Of a stretch of 64,000 nt of DNA, positions 39,205 through 51,793 are shown in pieces; the first letter of the stretch is position 1, and each line of letters begins with the position of its first letter. Source of the DNA: Hypanus sabinus (lineage: Eukaryota); assembly GCF_030144855.1 (NCBI RefSeq), contig NC_082731.1, forward strand, positions 24,304,001 through 24,368,000. The letters are read 5' to 3'. Position numbers and translations under genes: made by a program. The notes below the pieces were generated by a model. It saw only the letters and a list, made by a program, of their open reading frames with translations, was not told the DNA's origin and made no database searches.

Positions 39205-39939
39205 TTAATGGAAAGGCAACATTAGCAAAATTTTTGGAAATTTTTCGATAATATCATATAATTTCCAAAAACTTTCTGAGAGCATTTTCCCCGTTGGTGT
39301 GGGAATCTCTAAAATTGCCTGAACCTTTGCCTGAACAGGAGCTACCTTACCTTGACCCACAACATAACCAAGGTAATTCACAGTGGCATGTCCAAATTCA
39401 CTCTTAGCTAAATTAATAGTTAAGTTAGCTTTTGAAAGACTTTCATTCAATATCTCCATCGCAATAATGTGTGCTTCCCAGGTTTCATTTCCTGTCACTA
39501 AATTATCAATATAAGCATCAGTATCTTTCAATCCCTGAATCACAAAGTTAATCATCCTCTGGAAAGTACCTGGGGCATTCTTCATCCCAAATGGAAGAAC
39601 ATTATACTCAAATAACCCAGATGGACTTACAAATGCAGAAATCTCTGTACCTCTGTCCGTTAATGGAACACACCAATACACTTTCCATAAATCAATCTTT
39701 GTAAGGAACTTTGCTTTTCCAACTTTATGTACACAATCATCTACTCTAGGAATTGGATATGCATCTGTTTTCCTTACAGCATTCACCTTCCTATAATCCG
39801 TACAAAACCTAATACTACCATCTGGTTTTGGCACAATAACACATGGTGAACTCCAATTCGAGTTAGAATGTCTAATAATATTATTCTCCAACATATATTT
39901 AATTTCTTTCTCAGAAAGTTCACATTTTTCCATGTTCAT
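39205..39939 (-). pseudogene. Reverse transcriptase domain (catalytic YxDD read as YIDN)
   Basis: SNWSSPCVIVPKPDGSIRFCTDYRKVN...PFGMKNAPGTFQR...AYIDNLV...YLGYVVG. Confidence 0.93.
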
Positions 39940-40050
39940 CCGATGTGGATGTTGTATAATAGGATTAGCATCTACAACATCTACATCATGTGAAGCTATA
40001 GTAGTCCTTTTCTGAACATCTGGAAAAAACTTCTTATATTTAAAAATTAA

Positions 40051-41041
40051 CTACTTTATCTGTTGTCTCTGCTCTAACTGTAAATGTGCTAATTTTTCAT
40101 AAATATTTTCCAGAATGGTTGAATTTGGTAACCTAACAGAAACAATGTTGGATTTAGAATGAAAGTCAGATGAATCATCTAATATGTTCCTAGTTAAATC
40201 AAACTCACTCTTACTAACCATAACAGTCACAGTAACAGATTGTTTCTCAAAATATGGTTTTATTATATTTATATGGCAAAGTTGTGTTGACCTTCTACGA
40301 TCTGGAGTTTTTATCACGTAATCCACATCATGTGTTTTAGACACAATTTCATAAGGACCATGAAATCTAACTTGTAAAGGATTTGTCTGCACTGGGAACA
40401 GAACCAACTCCTTATCTCCAGGCTTAAACATCCTCATCCTAGCTTCTTTATCATACCGTCTTCATTTTCTCCTGAGCCAACTATAAATGTTCCTTAGCTA
40501 AGCTAGAAGCTTTATGTAACCTGTCCTTAAATTTCAAAACATAGTCCAACAAATTAGTATGTACTTCCTTACTAATCCACTGTTTTTTCAATAAAACTAA
40601 AGGTCCTCTAACACTTTGCCCAAACACAAGTTCAAATAGACTAAAACCTAAAGATTCCTGTACCGATTCCCTTACTGCAAATAAAAGTAAGTTTATACCC
40701 TCATTTCAGTCACTTTCATTTTCACACAAAATGTCCTAATCATATTCTTGAGAGTAGAAAGAAACCTCTGGGATTCCGGATGGTATGCAGACGAGGAGAT
40801 TTGCTTAGCTCCCAATTTATAATCTATCTGTTGAAACAATCCTGTCATAAAATCACTGCCTTGATCAGTTTGTATCTCCTTAGGTAATCCAAAATATGTA
40901 AAAAAAAATAAGGGCCTTTGTCACAGTTTTATCTTTTATATTCCTATGTGGTACTGCCTCTGGAAACCTAGACGAAGTACACATGATAGTCAAGAAATGC
41001 TGATAACCAGTTTTTTGTCTTTGGTAATGGACCAACAAAAT
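40051..41041 (-). pseudogene. Integrase core and C-terminal region, upstream of RT
   Basis: DFVGPLPKTKTGYQHFLTIMC..RFPEAVP, FGLPKEIQTDQGSDF, AYHPESQ, FELVFG, and ORF 40051-40437 (F.PGD..LVL...LQ.RFHGPY.I...DY.I.TP.RR). Confidence 0.88.
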
Positions 41042-41425
41042 CTTTCTCTGCTTTTGTTCTGCCTCCAATTTACAACGCTCCAAGTTCATTTGTTCGATTT
41101 GCAACTGCATCTCCAGATTACTTATTAGAAACGACTCTAAAACCGAATCATCAAAAAGACCCAAGACTACATAGTGTGACGCGATTTTTCTCTGTATAAC
41201 AGCCTGAGATGTAGTCTGCAAAATACCTTTAAGTTGCAATCTACTAGCTATCTCAAACACCTCAGTTTTTTTTTCCCCTTCACCAACACCTCCGCAACTG
41301 GCGAAGCCAGATACTCATCAATATTCATTGCTCCCGAATACCACAAGCCAAACAAAACAACCGAGTAATCCCCGTTTCCAAAACACCGATTCAAATGTTA
41401 GCAAGCATTTAAACTCAAACGATCC

Positions 41426-41444
41426 AATCCAGACGCAGCCCTCA
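41426..41444 (-). promoter_or_regulatory. Primer-binding site, tRNA-Pro-like (degenerate)
   Basis: Minus strand TGAGGGCTGCGTCTGGATT, just inside the 5' LTR, resembles the tRNA-Pro PBS TGGGGGCTCGTCCGGGATT. Confidence 0.55.
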
Positions 41445-41451
41445 TAATTAA

Positions 41452-42294
41452 TGTTAGGTATTCAGGCAACAATAAATACATGAGTTCGGCAAGGGTTTTA
41501 TATAACAAACCACACGATTATTAAACACAGAAAACAACCCCCGAAAAAGTAAACAAACTCTAACGTAACCTGAAACCAACTGCGGTGTGGCATCCCAAAC
41601 AGTTCTTAAAGCGATATTGCTAAAACAGTTCTTTAAAGTGGTATCGCCAAAAGTTCGATATGCTCAGAGTCCATTTAAAATAGGAGAGACATTATAAGAC
41701 GATTCAAATTCTCTTTCACGTCGCTTGCTTCGATCCCCGACGTCGAACTTCCCACGAAGAATTTACGAAACGAAACGGCTTAAAGGCACTGACCTTTCCT
41801 TCCTCGCTACCTTCAATCCTTTCTGGTTAAACCCAGGGATTAACGCGAAGATAGTCAACGAAATCCTTCCAAATAAGGATCAAACAACGGTCGAAACCCT
41901 TTTCACCGTAGAAAGCGATTCTCTTCGATCATTAACACCCGAACTTCGACCTTCACTCTCCACTGTCTCGAACTAGCAGAATCGTAAAGAACCTGCTGAC
42001 AATAACCTCTTAAACTTTAGGCATTAAATAAAACTTCTTCTTTCAACTAAACTGCGTCATCATTTAAATCATGCAGTGGCATGAAGTCAACCTGGCAAAT
42101 CCAGCCAAGAACTGCCCCCCTCACAGGGTGGGGTCTACCTTTTCTAACCAGTAAAAAAAAACTGTCACATGATCTCTACTGGCGGGAAAATGACGTCAAT
42201 CCACCATCACAAGACCATGACCTCAAGACCCGTATAGCTTCAACCCCAGTCACGTGACAAGGGCACCACTGACATGTGTCACGAGTACCTAACA
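41452..42294 (-). repeat. 5' LTR (843 bp)
   Basis: Direct repeat of 37650-38510 with scattered substitutions and small indels. Confidence 0.95.
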
Positions 42295-43329
42295 CCGTAC
42301 ATAAAGACCGTTTCAGAAATGACAGCAAGATTAATTGAGCCAAAGCACAGTTACTCACAAAACAACAGCCATATGCGCAAGAACCTATCAGAACAGAAAG
42401 TATGGCAAACTAAATCTGATGGGAAAAAGTTTAAATACGAAATTTAGTGTACTGAATTGCGACCGGCAATATGTTTGTTAAACTGGAAGAACGTTATTGA
42501 CCAGGCTACAATTGCATCAGCTAGCGAGCAGAAGTCATGACACTGTCTCATGCAGGGTGCCAGCTCATGAAGAGGAAAAATTGTATTTCAACAGAACCTT
42601 AGAAAGAAACTCTATTCATGTAAACCTAAAAGAAAAGAGCGAAAATTTCTCCTGATGCGGATCTGCAGAGGATTCATCAAGAAAAAAAGTGCACATAGAT
42701 CCGATATGTTAACTCTCAGCGAGAAGTGAAAACAACGCATCAACATTCAAAGAATATCCAACCTGGACAGTCAAACAAAAACTTCAACTGGACTTCTCCA
42801 GAAACCATACAATAAAAAATTTCTGTGGCTAATCTCTGAACAGACTTTTCAAACCGCCAAACCGAACACTTAGTATAATCATTATCAACTCGGACTGCGG
42901 AGGTTTATGTAAGCCGGAATGCTGAGGAGACAACATCGTGAAATGCAAGCTGATCATTGATTCTTGATTCGAATCGAAAAGTCTGCAAACGCTCTGCCAC
43001 GGTCGTCGATCAGCCAAACTTCCAAATTGCCAACCCGAGATATCAATATTCCAACGCATTTCAATGCTGTTGAAGAAATTGCATTTCCATCAACCATTCA
43101 AGATGTTAAGCCAAAACAAATATTTTTTACTAACATTTAACTTTATACATACATGCAATCCCATATAATTAGAAAATGTAAACAGGAGCCAGACATCGTT
43201 TAGTCGAATAGTGTGCAGATCAGAATTGAATACATTGCATGCGATAACTTATGAAGTGTAAGGGAAAAAAATCTACTGGTGAATCACAAACAAAATCAAA
43301 CTAACGTGCAATAATTTTAAATGTTGTAA

Positions 43330-44330
43330 GGCATGGAACAGATTAACCAGTGACATTCGAAAACGATATGCTGCAGGGAGTTCGGTAGCATAATGGACTT
43401 GGGAAAGAAACTGTCTATTATCTTAACTGTGTTTGCTTTGGGGCATTACATTATCCTGTAAGATAGCACAAAGACAAAGCAAATGTTCATGGAAGCTTCA
43501 GCTCCTTAATAATACTGCGGGCCCTGCGTATGCAGCGTTACTCGTAAATCGATATTAGGCAGGCACCTATGATCATCTCAACTGTCCTCCTAGTCTTCTT
43601 CAGGAAATGTAGATGCGATGCTGGATTGATCTCTTGTCAGATGCAGATGGATCGCAGCAAAGGACGATCCATTGTGCTGTTGTCAAACTCCAATATTGTT
43701 ATATTTCTTCTATACATTTCTGTACGAAAATTCATCACACCCCAGTACACCCGTCGCTCCAATTCCGCTCTCTATTTCGTGACGTAATCGTTCTTGTTAA
43801 GGCCAAGTACGTACACAAAATTGATCGGGCGGTTTAACCTTCATCGTGCGACACACACATGCGTTCGCAATGTGCGGAGCAGAAAACCTTGATGTGAGCG
43901 CACGTGCTCAGCATAATTGGAAGAGAGACTTTGCTGTCCAAGCGGCGGTTTGTGGCCTTGCTGTTAGGAAGGCCACTAATCAATTACAGGAGAATGGGTT
44001 GCGAACCAGCAAAGCCAGTTTCCTCAACAGAGGGCATGATGGTGATCGAAGCAGAACGGAAGTCCTTAACCATCAGTGTGCAAAATAAAAATCATTTTTC
44101 CTGCTTGGACAAGACAGAGAGGGTTCAAGGTGATTTGATCCCCAGTGGGTGGACCTAGAAAATAGCGGCACTGGAAGGGATCCAGTGCAGCTGTGTTAAA
44201 GCATTTAATGTCTTCCATGACCGCCACAAGGTGCATTTCATAGTACTTGATGTTCATCTCATCCGGTTCATGGTTATTTAGGCAGGTTACTGTTTCCTTC
44301 TCATGCACTCATTTGACGGTTGCCGGCTTG
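43330..44330 (-). mobile_element. Decayed Rex1/Babar LINE fragment
   Basis: Minus-strand relic VTCLN.....IK...LV.....LDPFQ (RT N-terminus) and a DSFFP-type C-terminus near 43400. Confidence 0.55.
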
Positions 44331-45379
44331 AACAATGATTCTTTTTGTGAGAAATGTTAGAGATATCCATTTGCACCTGTGGGACCTGGATTACTCAATC
44401 TTTCTGACCAGACATGGTATATTAACGAGCCACGCAGGTTGGCGTAGGTTGACTCTGGCCTTGATGCCCCTTACGGTAGCTTTAGCCACTTTACTAATGT
44501 AGAGCTGACGGTAGTGGGCATATTGAAAAAATACCTTAGAAGTCTCTTCATTTCTAAATTGATTTGGTACAGAATTTGACGCATTAAATCATGATTTGTT
44601 TTAGCCAAAAGATTCCGGAGTCTGTTGAAGGCTAGATCTTTTGGAACCCTAACCAGTGATATAGAAGTAGGAAGTCCAAGTTCAACAGAGAGCAGGTTAT
44701 TTTGATAGCTGAAATTATACCGATTGAGTTTGTGAGCGAGTACATATGGGTGTCTAGAACTTTAAATCAACAACTGCTGCACTGTGAAACTTATAGGTCC
44801 TCTAATGCAGTCCTTTGCCAGGTTTATCACGGCTGGATAATCCCCTCCTTAGGATTGGTCGTAGATTCGATGCTCTTGCCTGTCGACACACCAGGTCTAC
44901 AGCGAATGCAATGACACTGGATCTCCACACAAACTTCTGTCACCTGGACAATAATCGTCTTTAATGTTTATTTATTTCGGCTGAGTCGGGAGCTCAGTTC
45001 CAAATGAACAATAACTAAACAACTGGGCCTCTGTTTCACCCTCTGTAAATAAGCCATTGATCGCTTAAAGTGTATTCTCAGTCTGTGCTGATGGGAAAAA
45101 AAAAAAACGTTTTCTTCTCGCTGCCGAGCAAATTTGTCCCAACACAGGACTATGTGTTGAGCCCATTGCTCTAATATCAGAACACCCACTGCTATCTGTC
45201 CAGGAAAAAAGCTCAAAGCCATTGATATGTTTTCCAATGACAACACTATTCTACCCAATAATTTCCCATAGTGCTGAAGAAACGTTCAGAAGCAAAATAA
45301 GATCAGCAGATTACAAGGTAGAGTAAATAGATTTCGACTATTGTGTCTTATCCAGCATTTCATTGTGGCTGGCCGAATA

Positions 45380-47600
45380 TTCTCGCCGTACCCTTTCATG
45401 CCCTGGGCAAGCGAGAAACTATCAAACTCTGTGTTCTTTTGCAACATGTGTCAAAAAAGGTTCACCGAATCACCAACCTATGACTAAAATAATTTACTCA
45501 AAAGGAATTATTCTGAGAGCATACCTTCTGGGCAACCCGCCATACACAACATCCTCTCCACATCCTTTATGTCAAGGCCATTCGTCATTTGATAAGCTTA
45601 AATGTGGACAACTCTCAGTCTTCTGAACTCAGGCGGATAGACGCCTGCGATCTTTACATGAACAACAATCAATTATGGAATCAATGACATGAACCTACTT
45701 TGAAACTTCTCATTTTTTATCACATTCTTTCCGAGACAATTTGTTCTCATTTACTCGCAAATTTCGAAGTAACGGGCACCCTAGTACTTTGCAAAAGTTC
45801 AACAATGTCACATGGTTTTAATATCCTAGTACTTTTGAAATTAATTCTAACAGAGCATTTGCCTGCAGCACCGCAGACTCGCCCTACAAATTGACGTTTA
45901 GTGCATGCTCCACAGCAACTCCGAATATTGTTTTCTTCTCAGATTTTTTTTTTATTTCTTATAGCTTCTGACAGTTAAAGCATTCAATTATTCTGCGAAT
46001 TACATGACAACCATCATCCCGACACTCGATTCCATGTCATTACATTCCCTTTGTACGTATCTATCTTCGTCTTTCTGCAGCCTGCATACATCCTCTCCAC
46101 TCCCTACAACCCCAGTTTTAGACATATCTTCTTTGCAACCGAACTACCAATTGCATCATCCACACCTTTGACAGATTATATAAAAATAGTGGGTTCCAGC
46201 TCAGAACATTGTGGAATATCAGTAGTCAACGACAGATCATCAGAGAAATCTCACTTTACTTCCAAACTTTCCTCTTGCCAATCAGTCACTGCTTTCTACA
46301 TGCCTCCTTCCTTCTTCTAATGCCATGGGCTCGACCTTGCACAAGGGTGGCATACTGTCGAAGGCCTTTTTTCATATCTTATTAATATTCATACATATCA
46401 TCAACAGATGGTTTGGCTATCCTGAGTGAATCTTTTTCAAATATATGCAGTACTTTTCTCAGGTAAGTTCTTCCCTTGAGTAAACTAAATATCCTAAGAT
46501 GTTTTTTCTTAATAATCGACTCCCATATGCTCCCCACTTCTGAGCTCAGACATACTGTCATATAGATTACTACCTCCATCCATTCTTCGTACTTTCAGTG
46601 TCAGTTACATATTTTTAGCCTGCTGGAACGATTCTGTAATCTAGTCCTTCCAGAATAGTCCAGGATGACATTAGCTGCAAGCTCTTTGCAATCTGGAATG
46701 TTCACCATCTGTTCTTTGTGAATAATCTACCTTCTGTGCTTTTACTTTCCCATGAACTTTTTATCTGTTTCCGATAAGATCACAATCACTGGTACCCCTG
46801 TCATTTAGAACGACCAGGATACAGCTACTGCATTTGACGTTGAAGACTGATGCAAAATACCTCTTCAGTCCGTCCTCTATTTCGTTGTCCCGAATTACTA
46901 CCTCTCTAGCATAGCATTCCAGCGGCTTGATATCTGCTCTCGCAGCTCCTTTACAGTTTACCTGAAGAATCTTTTGGTGTCGACATTAATATTATTCTCT
47001 AGCTTCTTTGCCCAGCTTTAACTTCTTACTGTTTTTTTTTTTTTTTTGCATACTGCTGTTTGTTTTAAGCTTGACATTCCTCTAACATCCCAGAAATCTT
47101 TTTTAAATACATACATTTTTTTGGCATTTACGTTTGCTTGACTTCTCTTGTAAGACCTGGGTGTGTGAGCTTGCCTTTGGAATTCATCTTCTTAATTTCG
47201 ATTTATATATCCTGTGGTTTCCGACTTGTTTCCAACAATTCCAAACATTGCTGCTTTGCCATTATCCCTGCCCATGTAGTTTTCCATTCAGTTCTGGCCA
47301 ACTCATTTCTCATGCCTTCGTTGTTCCCTTTACTCCACTGTAATGACATTCTTCGCTGCCCCTTCTGAAATATAATTTTGAATTCGATCATGTGATGAAC
47401 ATTTCCCAATGCGTTATTTTTCGTTTTTATTTAATTCTTAGGCACTCTTATCAATCCTGTCTCGTACAATTTATAGGGAACATTCCTGTGACTACTTAGA
47501 GAATGTAGACAACTTCCATCATTTTTTTTGTTTGTTTTACCCTTGCAGTTCCTTAACTCTATCAACAACATGTCAACAGCTTCCTGTCTTACCTCATCTT
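45380..47600 (-). mobile_element. Old CR1 LINE debris
   Basis: Residual CR1 ORF2-like sequence, for example ORF 47203-47409 and the YFASVF-type region near 46850. Confidence 0.55.
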
Positions 47601-47739
47601 AATAATTCTATTTGTTGTTGTTGTTTTTTTTCAATATGGCAACGCCACACACCCTTTGGGGATTATGCTCCCAGCTAAAAACTTTTAGTAGTGACTCTGT
47701 CACACCTGCAACATCATAACTTCAAGTTTTCACCGGTAC

Positions 47740-48110
47740 TGCAAGTACATCTGCCGTTCGCCATTCATCCGCACATTCAGATACAATTTCTTCACATTTT
47801 TATTCCTAACATTGCTGTGGACTTCTCAATGACTGCATGACAACATCGCCACTAATTGTTCAAGCAACTAGCTGCAACCCCTCTGCAACTCTGGTTGACT
47901 CCAACTAGCAGATAAGTTGTGTCACAAGAACAAAATTGAATTCAACGTCAGTACGACCAATGAAATGGTTTTATACTACAGAAAGAAAATCGACGGATGC
48001 ACCAGTCCTTATCAGTGGTTCGGCATTGGAAAGCGAGAACAGTTCCAGGTCGCCGACAGCCAGCAGTTCTAAAGATCTACCTGCGGCCAAATATACTGAT
48101 GCAATTCCAT
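47740..48110 (+). mobile_element. Rex1-like RT 3' fragment
   Basis: EFNVSTTNE...TERKST.APVLISG.ALE..SSR-type relic in ORF 47936-48172. Confidence 0.4.
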
Positions 48111-48292
48111 GGAAAGAGCGACATCGTCTATATGTAATTAGGAGCTTTGACAGGAATTGGAAAGCCGCCTAAACCACACAGCAAATTCAACAAGGAGATG
48201 TGGGGTGCATTGAAACAGGTTGCATGAATCTCCTGAAATGAGGTATTAAACACGAGTTTTCGTAAATCTGTGCAGCTCAGCAGTTTCCATCG

Positions 48293-48468
48293 NNNNNNNN
48301 NNNNNNNNNNNNNNNNNNNNNNNNNNNNNNNNNNNNNNNNNNNNNNNNNNNNNNNNNNNNNNNNNNNNNNNNNNNNNNNNNNNNNNNNNNNNNNNNNNNN
48401 NNNNNNNNNNNNNNNNNNNNNNNNNNNNNNNNNNNNNNNNNNNNNNNNNNNNNNNNNNNNNNNNNNNN
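48293..48468. other. Assembly gap (176 N)
   Basis: Run of N. Confidence 1.
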
Positions 48469-49298
48469 CAAATCATCATCAATGGAAATATAATTAAGGC
48501 AAGTTTTGTATTACAAATAAAACATTTATTAAACACAGTAAAACCCACAAGTAAACAACTGACTAACGTAACCAGAAGTCAACTGCGATACGGCAGCTCG
48601 AACAGTTCTTAAAGTAGTAATTCAAAAAGTTGAAAATGATTTACACAGTCAGTTAAAAGGAGAGACTTCTTGAAAGTCGTTACATCTTCTTTCGCCGCGT
48701 TACTGCTGATCCCAGTTGCAGTCTGCTTTTCCCCGAGGATTTACGATCGAAGGAAATAAACAGCTTAAAAGACTCTGACCTTGCTTTGGCAGAACGTTGT
48801 ATCCACCTCGCTGCTCTTTTTTTTTTTTGGCAAAGCAGGAATTATCAAAGGCACAGGTTGCTACTTCATCGTGCGAAGATTAAACAAAGGTTTAATCTGT
48901 TTCACCGTTGATATTAACTGTCCAATTCCTTCAGTATGTCCGAACTCTGACGAATCATCACTCTCCAATGACTTTACTGGCAGTAATATAGCGAAACTGC
49001 ACGTAATATCCTTTGAGAAATATGGCAGAAAATAAAACTACACTATTATATGAAACTGCGTCATAATAGCGGAATACGCAGCAGCATGGAGACAGAACCG
49101 AATTCAGCCACAAGCTGCCCAGATCACAGGGTGGGGTTCTCTTTTTATACCCGTTTGGAAAAAAAGAAAATCACTTGATCTCTCACTGCCGAGGAAATGA
49201 CGCCACTCCTCCAGCGCAAGATATTTCCTCATGTCCAGCATAACTTCAGTTACATCATGTTCACTTGACTGGTCCGAGACACCTACGGATAGGTAACA
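48469..49298 (-). mobile_element. Solo LTR copy 1 (left end inside the gap)
   Basis: Paralog of 49778-50608. It ends GGTAACA and is followed by ACAG. Confidence 0.8.
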
Positions 49299-49649
49299 AC
49301 AGTTGATATAAGAAAACGCAGTAACTTTGTTTTTTGTTGTTCATTGTAATTGGTATAAAGACTATCGATATGAAGAAAGATGAGTTTCTAAAATAAGAAT
49401 ATACCTATATGGGTCGATAGTTAAAAAAAACATGACCTGTAGTCCTGTAATTATATGTAATTAGGAGCTTTGACAAGAATTGGAATGCCACCTAAACCAC
49501 TCTGCTATTTCAACAGGGAGATGTGGGGTGCATTGAAACAGGTTGCATGACTCTCCGGAAATGAGGTTGCAATCACGAGTTTTCGAAAAACTGTGCAAGT
49601 ACTTCAGCTCAGCAGGTTCCATCGTGGCATTGTACAGCCCCAGCATCGC

Positions 49650-49650
<1 letters not shown>

Positions 49651-49694
<44 letters not shown>

Positions 49695-49733
49695 CGATGA
49701 TGATGATGATGATGATTATGACTATTATTATTA
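49651..49733. repeat. (GAT)n then (TAT)n microsatellite
   Basis: Visible triplet run that produces the poly-Asp in ORF 49543-49749. Confidence 0.97.
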
Positions 49734-49777
49734 TTTTATAATTTCTTGATTAAATTTTATTTTTTTATGATTTACAG

Positions 49778-50608
49778 TGTTACATATCAGCATCGATGAA
49801 AATATAATTGAGGCAAGTTTTTTATAACAAATAAAACATTCATTAAACACAGTAAAGGCCACAAGTAAACAAATGACTAACATAACCGGAAGTCAACTGC
49901 GATACGGCAGCTTGAACAGTTCTTAAAATAGTAATGCAAAAAGTTCAAAATAATTTACACAGTCAGTTAAAAGGAGAGACTTCGTGAAAGGTGTTAAATC
50001 TTCTTTTGTCGCGTTACTGCTGATCCCAGCTGCAGTATACTTTTCCCGGAGGATTGACGATCAAAGGAAATAAACGGCTAAAAAGACTCTGACCTTTCTT
50101 TGGCAGAACTTTGCATCCAACTCACTACTCTTTTTTATTGGCAAAGCAGTAATTATCACGGACACAGATTGCTACTGCCTCGTGCGGAGATTAAACAAAG
50201 GTTTAATCCGTTTCACCTTCGAAATTAACTATCCAAATCCTTCAGAATGTTTTGAAATCTGACGAATCTTCACTCTACAATGACTTTACTGGCAGTAATA
50301 TAACGAAACTGCCGGTAATAACCTTTGAGACTTAAGGCAGAACTGAAACTACACTTTTATACGAAACTGCGTCATAATAGCGGAATATGCAGCAGCATGG
50401 AGAGAGAAGCGAATTCAGCCACGAACTGCCCGCATCACAGGGTGGGGTTCTCCTTTTATACCACTTTGGAAAAAAAAATATCACATGACCTCCCACTGCC
50501 GCGGATATGACGTCACTCCTCCAGCACAAGATATTGCCTCATGTCCATCAGAGCTTCAATTACATCATGTTCACGTGACATTTACAAGACAACCACGGAT
50601 AGGTAACA
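49778..50608 (-). mobile_element. Solo LTR copy 2, related to the Gmr1-like LTRs
   Basis: TGTTAC...GTAACA ends, flanked by ACAG / ATAG (decayed 4-bp TSD). It shares blocks such as TTAAACACAG, AACAGTTCTTAAA and CACAGGGTGGGGT with 37650-38510. Confidence 0.85.
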
Positions 50609-51754
50609 ATAGTTGATATAAAACAAACAAAAAAAATGCAGTAACTTTTGTTTTGTTCACTGTAATTTGTATAAAGACTCTCGAGATGACGAACGATGGG
50701 TTTCGAAATTAAGAATAGGTCTATATGGGTCGAAAGTTCATGTTATCGCTAGACCGTTCTGCCTGTGCCACACACCATTGCAGATTCTAGTAGAATAACT
50801 TGGCAGCTGAATACGAGGCGAAGATTCGGTTGCAGAGAATCATTTTCTCATTTCTCGATTGTTGAGATGTTTTCAAGGGAAATTATGCATACGATGGGAC
50901 GGTTAACACTTCAAATGGTGGGCATCATTTTTTTTTCTAGAAAAAAGCCGGCTCTGACAGAAATCTAACTTTGCTTGTATTTCTCATAGGGCAGAGCACA
51001 TGTTCAGCCCACGACTTCAATCTCATCTCAGTGAATAGAATAACTGAAAACAAATATTGTTGGTAGAGACATTACCGCAGATGTTCACTTTTTTGTCAAA
51101 CAATTCACGTAACAGTGGATGATTTGTATTAATAAATAATTGCGCAAGTGTACTTTTTTTGTGCTATTTGTTTAATCCTGCTTCCGTTATCTAATTTTTG
51201 GTCTTACATGAAGATTTAATTACATTTGCCGCATCATTACATAATGATACAGAAATGTATAACATTCTGCATAGTTCATTAACCTTCCAACACCACTCTA
51301 TCCATGATTAGATAAACCGTTCTTATTTCAGGTGCATTCTTTAATGACTTTACACTGGGCGTTAATCGGCTATCACCAGACGCTGAAACACAGTAACGCG
51401 TATCACAGTAGACGTAATCTTGTTACACAATTCTTTGAGGCGTGATTTCAGTAAACCAATAGTGTTCAAATCCGAGTACCACATATATGAAGACAACACG
51501 GTAAAAATACATCACAAATATTGAGGACAAAATTAATCAAGATTTTTGCGGTGTCACAATTTTTCTTCATTTATTAAATGGGAATAATTATATTTAGGTA
51601 TCAGTTCGTCATAAGACGGCAGTCCGTGTGCATTGCCGTCAACCGGTGGCCCCAGCAGCGTATTGCCTTGAAATATTAGCCACTTCATTTCCCTATTAAT
51701 GTATTCAAGTTTTTGTCAAAACAAAAAAAAAACTCTGCTTCTGAAACGCATGAC

Positions 51755-51793
51755 ACTTATTGTACGGGCACATAATCCATTCCCACTACTGTG
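51755..51793 (-). promoter_or_regulatory. 23-bp-spacer RSS of V2
   Basis: Minus strand: heptamer CACAGTA (51793-51787), 23-nt spacer, nonamer ACAATAAGT (51763-51755). Confidence 0.9.

Larger units (their letters stand above)
37650..42294 (-). mobile_element. Gmr1-like Ty3/gypsy LTR retrotransposon, internally deleted
   Basis: Two LTRs with TGTTA...TAACA ends and an exact TSD CCGT (37646-37649 and 42295-42298). PPT, PBS, gag N-terminus, integrase, RT and RNase H are all recognisable. Confidence 0.95.
48129..50738. repeat. Diverged tandem duplication of a roughly 1.3-kb unit (48129-49420 and 49452-50738)
   Basis: Both units start TATATGTAATTAGGAGCTTTGACA, contain the same solo LTR and end at TATATGGGTCGA.AGTT. 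Confidence 0.92.

Noticed and set aside
49543-49749. Poly-Asp ORF
   Set aside because: It is an artefact of the (GAT)n microsatellite.
51332-51640. Acceptor followed by a frame with Cys(51421), TAG at a Trp-like position and KTAVRVHC(51634)
   Set aside because: The frame has seven stops but no indels and weak motifs, with no RSS. It is probably over-fitting, but worth including in an HMM scan.
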